Source of the DNA: an uncultured Nitrospiraceae bacterium
GTDB lineage: Bacteria > Nitrospirota > Nitrospiria > Nitrospirales > Nitrospiraceae
Assembly (NCBI GenBank): GCA_963706325.1
Contig: CAVPLT010000002.1
Location: 64,001-128,000, forward strand
Length of the DNA stretch: 64,000 nucleotides
Direction: 5' to 3'
Numbering within the stretch: the stretch's first letter is position 1; each line of letters begins with the position of its first letter. The notes beneath the pieces were generated by a model, which searched no databases, was not told where the DNA came from, and was given only the letters and a program-made list of their open reading frames with translations. This document shows positions 61,372 through 64,000 of this stretch, in pieces. The translations under genes were made by a program, and so were the position numbers.

Positions 61372-62442
61372 ATGTCCTTTTCAAGGCGCGAGCTTTTTCG
61401 CAACAGCGGCTTTGGTCTCCTCTTGCTCCCGGCCATTCTGCGATCCCCGCGGAACGTGCTTGGTCATCTGCTCTTCGACCCAGAGGGCCCGTTGGTCCCA
61501 CCTAAGCCTATTCCCCAGAATCTGTTCACGCGAAATGGAAAATCGGTGGTGTCGATCGTGCATGGGAAAGACCCTGGCCGCATGCTTCAACGCGCTATTG
61601 AGTTGCTGGGCGGAATTGATCGATTGGGCCTGCGGGGGAAACGTGTTTTACTCAAGCCCAACGTCTTGAACGATCGACCGCCCCCTTCGACCACCAATCC
61701 ACAGGTGGTCGGTGCGATGGGGAAGCTGGTCAAGCAGGCAGGCGCCGCCGAACTGGTGGTGGCGGATGGGTCGGGAATCATCCGGCTTCCGACTTCCGCA
61801 AACTTAACGACCACCGGCATGCGATCGGCGGCCGACTCTGCAGGGGCGAGAGTGCTTGCCTTAGAGGACGAATCATGGGTGCGTCTCGAACCTCCTGAGG
61901 CGCACGCCATCAGGAAGTTTTATGTTTCTCGACCGGTGTACGACGCCGACATCGTGATTAACATGCCGGTCATCAAAACGCACCGCTTCGCGGAGTTTTC
62001 CTGCAGCTTGAAGAACTTCGTGGGGGCCGTGCATCCTCGCTATCGGCCCTCCGTGACATTTTGGACCGGAGACTGGCACGAACGCATTGCTGAGGTAAAT
62101 CTCGCGGTGCATCCCGCGCTGACGGCTGCTGACGGCACCATGACCATGATCGAGGGCGGTCCGACCTCAGGCACGGCGGCGCAGACCGATTTATTGATAT
62201 GTAGCGGCGACCGTGTCGCCGTGGATTTAGTGGCGATTGCCTTGTTGCGCTCGTTCGGCACCTGGCCGAAGCTGCAGGGGAAGCGGATCGGGGATCAGCG
62301 ACAGGTCAAGCGCGCGGCCGAGTTGGGGCTCGGTGTGGGGTCAGGACGCGACATAGAACTGGTGAGCGGGGAGATAGAAGCGGCTCCACCAGCCTTTGTT
62401 CAGCTGGTGGAGCATATACAGCGGGACCTACTCGGCGAATAG
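61372..62442 (+). CDS. DUF362 domain protein with Tat-like leader
   Basis: SRRELF, VLLKPN, TTNPQVV, PVIKTH, LKNFVG. Confidence 0.88.
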   Translation: MSFSRRELFRNSGFGLLLLPAILRSPRNVLGHLLFDPEGPLVPPKPIPQNLFTRNGKSVVSIVHGKDPGRMLQRAIELLGGIDRLGLRGKRVLLKPNVLNDRPPPSTTNPQVVGAMGKLVKQAGAAELVVADGSGIIRLPTSANLTTTGMRSAADSAGARVLALEDESWVRLEPPEAHAIRKFYVSRPVYDADIVINMPVIKTHRFAEFSCSLKNFVGAVHPRYRPSVTFWTGDWHERIAEVNLAVHPALTAADGTMTMIEGGPTSGTAAQTDLLICSGDRVAVDLVAIALLRSFGTWPKLQGKRIGDQRQVKRAAELGLGVGSGRDIELVSGEIEAAPPAFVQLVEHIQRDLLGE

Positions 62443-62445
62443 CCG

Positions 62446-63003
62446 CTACTTGTTCGTCCGATCAAACTCCTTGATCACTTGCTCGGTCAGGTCGATGGTG
62501 TCCTTGTTGAAGATCACGATCTTCACCGTTTGTTCGCTGCCCTTGTCCAGCACCAGGTGGTACCCCGCCTTATCAGCCACCGTCTGCGTGGCCACCGCAA
62601 TCTTCTTCATGTAGTCGTCGACGAGTTCCTTCTGCTTGCCCTGCAGTTCCTGGTTAAACTCCTGAGCACGCTTCTGGTAGTCCTGAATCTTGCTGCGGAA
62701 GGAGGTTTCTTTATCCTTCTTTTCCGTCTCGCTGAGCTTGGACGCCTGCTCTTTGAGTTGCTTTTCGCTGTTGCGCAACTCCTCTTCATCTCGAGACAGC
62801 AACTTCTGCCGAGTGGCCACATATTCGCGCAACCCATCCAGGGCTCGCTTGCCGGCCTTGCTCTTTTCGAGAACCACCTGGGGATCGATGACCCCCATCT
62901 TGAATTCCGCCGCGGGGCTCGTCGAGATCACGCCAAGGGTCGCTGCGACGAGAACGCCGACGATTGCCGCAAGCCGGCCTGTTCCTTGCCACTTCACACC
63001 CAT
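62446..63003 (-). CDS. skp: OmpH/Skp periplasmic chaperone
   Basis: Signal peptide, KMGVIDPQ, long coiled coil, IDLTEQVI. Confidence 0.88.
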   Translation of the reverse strand: MGVKWQGTGRLAAIVGVLVAATLGVISTSPAAEFKMGVIDPQVVLEKSKAGKRALDGLREYVATRQKLLSRDEEELRNSEKQLKEQASKLSETEKKDKETSFRSKIQDYQKRAQEFNQELQGKQKELVDDYMKKIAVATQTVADKAGYHLVLDKGSEQTVKIVIFNKDTIDLTEQVIKEFDRTNK

Positions 63004-63208
63004 CTCAGGACTCCTTTCGCCGGAAAAAATTGTCTCTACACAAACTTTGGGAGAATAGCCGCCCACGCATATCGTGTCAAGAAGGGACCACCGGCGTCCA
63101 GCATCCGATTTGACAGCGATGAGACCGGCAGCTATAAGCCACGCAGGGTCGTATCTCACCCATTGTTCCAGCCTTCCGTCGACCCTCGAGGCTGGAAAGG
63201 AGTGTAGG

Positions 63209-63610
63209 ATGCTTTTGGATCAGCAGCAGTCTCATCACCTATTTATCAGGGCCCTCCAACATGAAACGATCAACTGTGAGCACGCCGGTTGCCCGGGACC
63301 CGTTGAAACTCTCGATCAGTCTCAAACTCGGGATCGAGTCAAAACGTTTCATATGCAGTGCGAGCGATGTGGTTGGCAAAAGACCGTCACCGGCTCTGAA
63401 CAACTGACTCCACCCTGGGACAACGCCGCGCTGGAGCTCCTGGCCGACGAACATCTCATGCATCAGCAACCGGTCTGTCCGTTCGATGACACGCCGGTTA
63501 TATTTATTTCGATGCCGAATCCGCGACGAAAAGCCAAGTACCGGCTTGCCTGTTTCTACTGTGGTCGGCAGACAGAAATGGACTGGCCACCGCCGGAGAG
63601 CAAGCGATAG
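63209..63610 (+). CDS. Cys-rich hypothetical (Zn-binding) protein
   Basis: CEHAGC, CERC, CPFD, CFYC motifs. Confidence 0.65.
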   Translation: MLLDQQQSHHLFIRALQHETINCEHAGCPGPVETLDQSQTRDRVKTFHMQCERCGWQKTVTGSEQLTPPWDNAALELLADEHLMHQQPVCPFDDTPVIFISMPNPRRKAKYRLACFYCGRQTEMDWPPPESKR

Positions 63611-63649
63611 TCATGGAAGGAAGGGCTATGTTGCGCTGATTCAGGGCAG

Positions 63650-64000
63650 CTAGACGAAGTATCGGCTGGTGTCGAAGTGGTACGCAGTGTTGTCGACAAG
63701 TTGTAAAATGCTGTGTCTGTAAATTCCCGCTCCATCCCGCTCAGTCAGATCGAGTTCGAGGCCTGCTTCCACGGGAGAGCCCTCCTCATCAGTGATGACC
63801 TTCACGGTGGGACGTTCGGCCTGTTCCTTCTCCTTGGCCGGCTTCAACACCACGGCCAAGGAACCGGAATCGAGCCTGACAAGACTGCCGATCGGGATAA
63901 TTCCGACGCAATTGACAAAAAGCTTCAGTAGGACGGGATCGAAAGATTGCCCGCTCTTGCCGAACATGAATTTGAGCACATTCGACGGCGACATCGGTTC
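63650..64000 (-). CDS. HD-GYP phosphodiesterase-like protein, C-terminal part (runs off window end)
   Basis: FDPVLLKLFVNCVGIIPIGSLVRLDSG...RPTV. Confidence 0.75.
   Translation of the reverse strand, partial: EPMSPSNVLKFMFGKSGQSFDPVLLKLFVNCVGIIPIGSLVRLDSGSLAVVLKPAKEKEQAERPTVKVITDEEGSPVEAGLELDLTERDGAGIYRHSILQLVDNTAYHFDTSRYFV

Overview
This is a bacterial window, probably Nitrospira-like. That call is an inference from the protein families, the outer-membrane barrel style and a characteristic intergenic repeat. It has four parts. (1) 1-33.7 kb is a decaying general-stress/oxidative-stress region: katE, YqjD-like, YihY, AlkB, Zn-ADH with SRPBCC, SDRs, hemerythrins, a cupin plus Mo-bisPGD oxidoreductase, and HPF-CSD. 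It also holds broken or truncated polX/ligC, recQ, nuoB, gap and cytochrome b. (2) 33.7-39.9 kb holds tRNA-Phe(GAA), tRNA-Ser(GCT) and tRNA-Ser(TGA), with small relic islands between them (cytochrome c peroxidase, NUDIX, a metallothionein-like gene). (3) 39869-58518 is an ~18.6 kb integrated phage-satellite-like element bounded by a perfect 42-bp direct repeat. It encodes an integrase, Xre, two Xis/AlpA-like proteins, a small terminase-like protein, a primase Zn-finger plus DUF3987 replication module, a second recombinase and a divergent ribbon-helix-helix switch. Its cargo includes Imm, a lone podophage ejection-like protein and a GT-C-like membrane protein; no capsid or tail genes were recognised. 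(4) 58.5-64 kb is core genome (serS, radical SAM, rhodanese, DUF362, OmpH/Skp, HD-GYP). The most striking feature is the integration site. The element duplicates the 5' half of tRNA-Ser(TGA) rather than the usual 3' end, and att lies inside the integrase ORF. The rebuilt tRNA therefore sits within the integrated integrase reading frame, and integration swaps the integrase C-terminus. Many single-base frameshifts, often in homopolymers, may be assembly errors. All products are assigned by motif recognition only; no searches were run.
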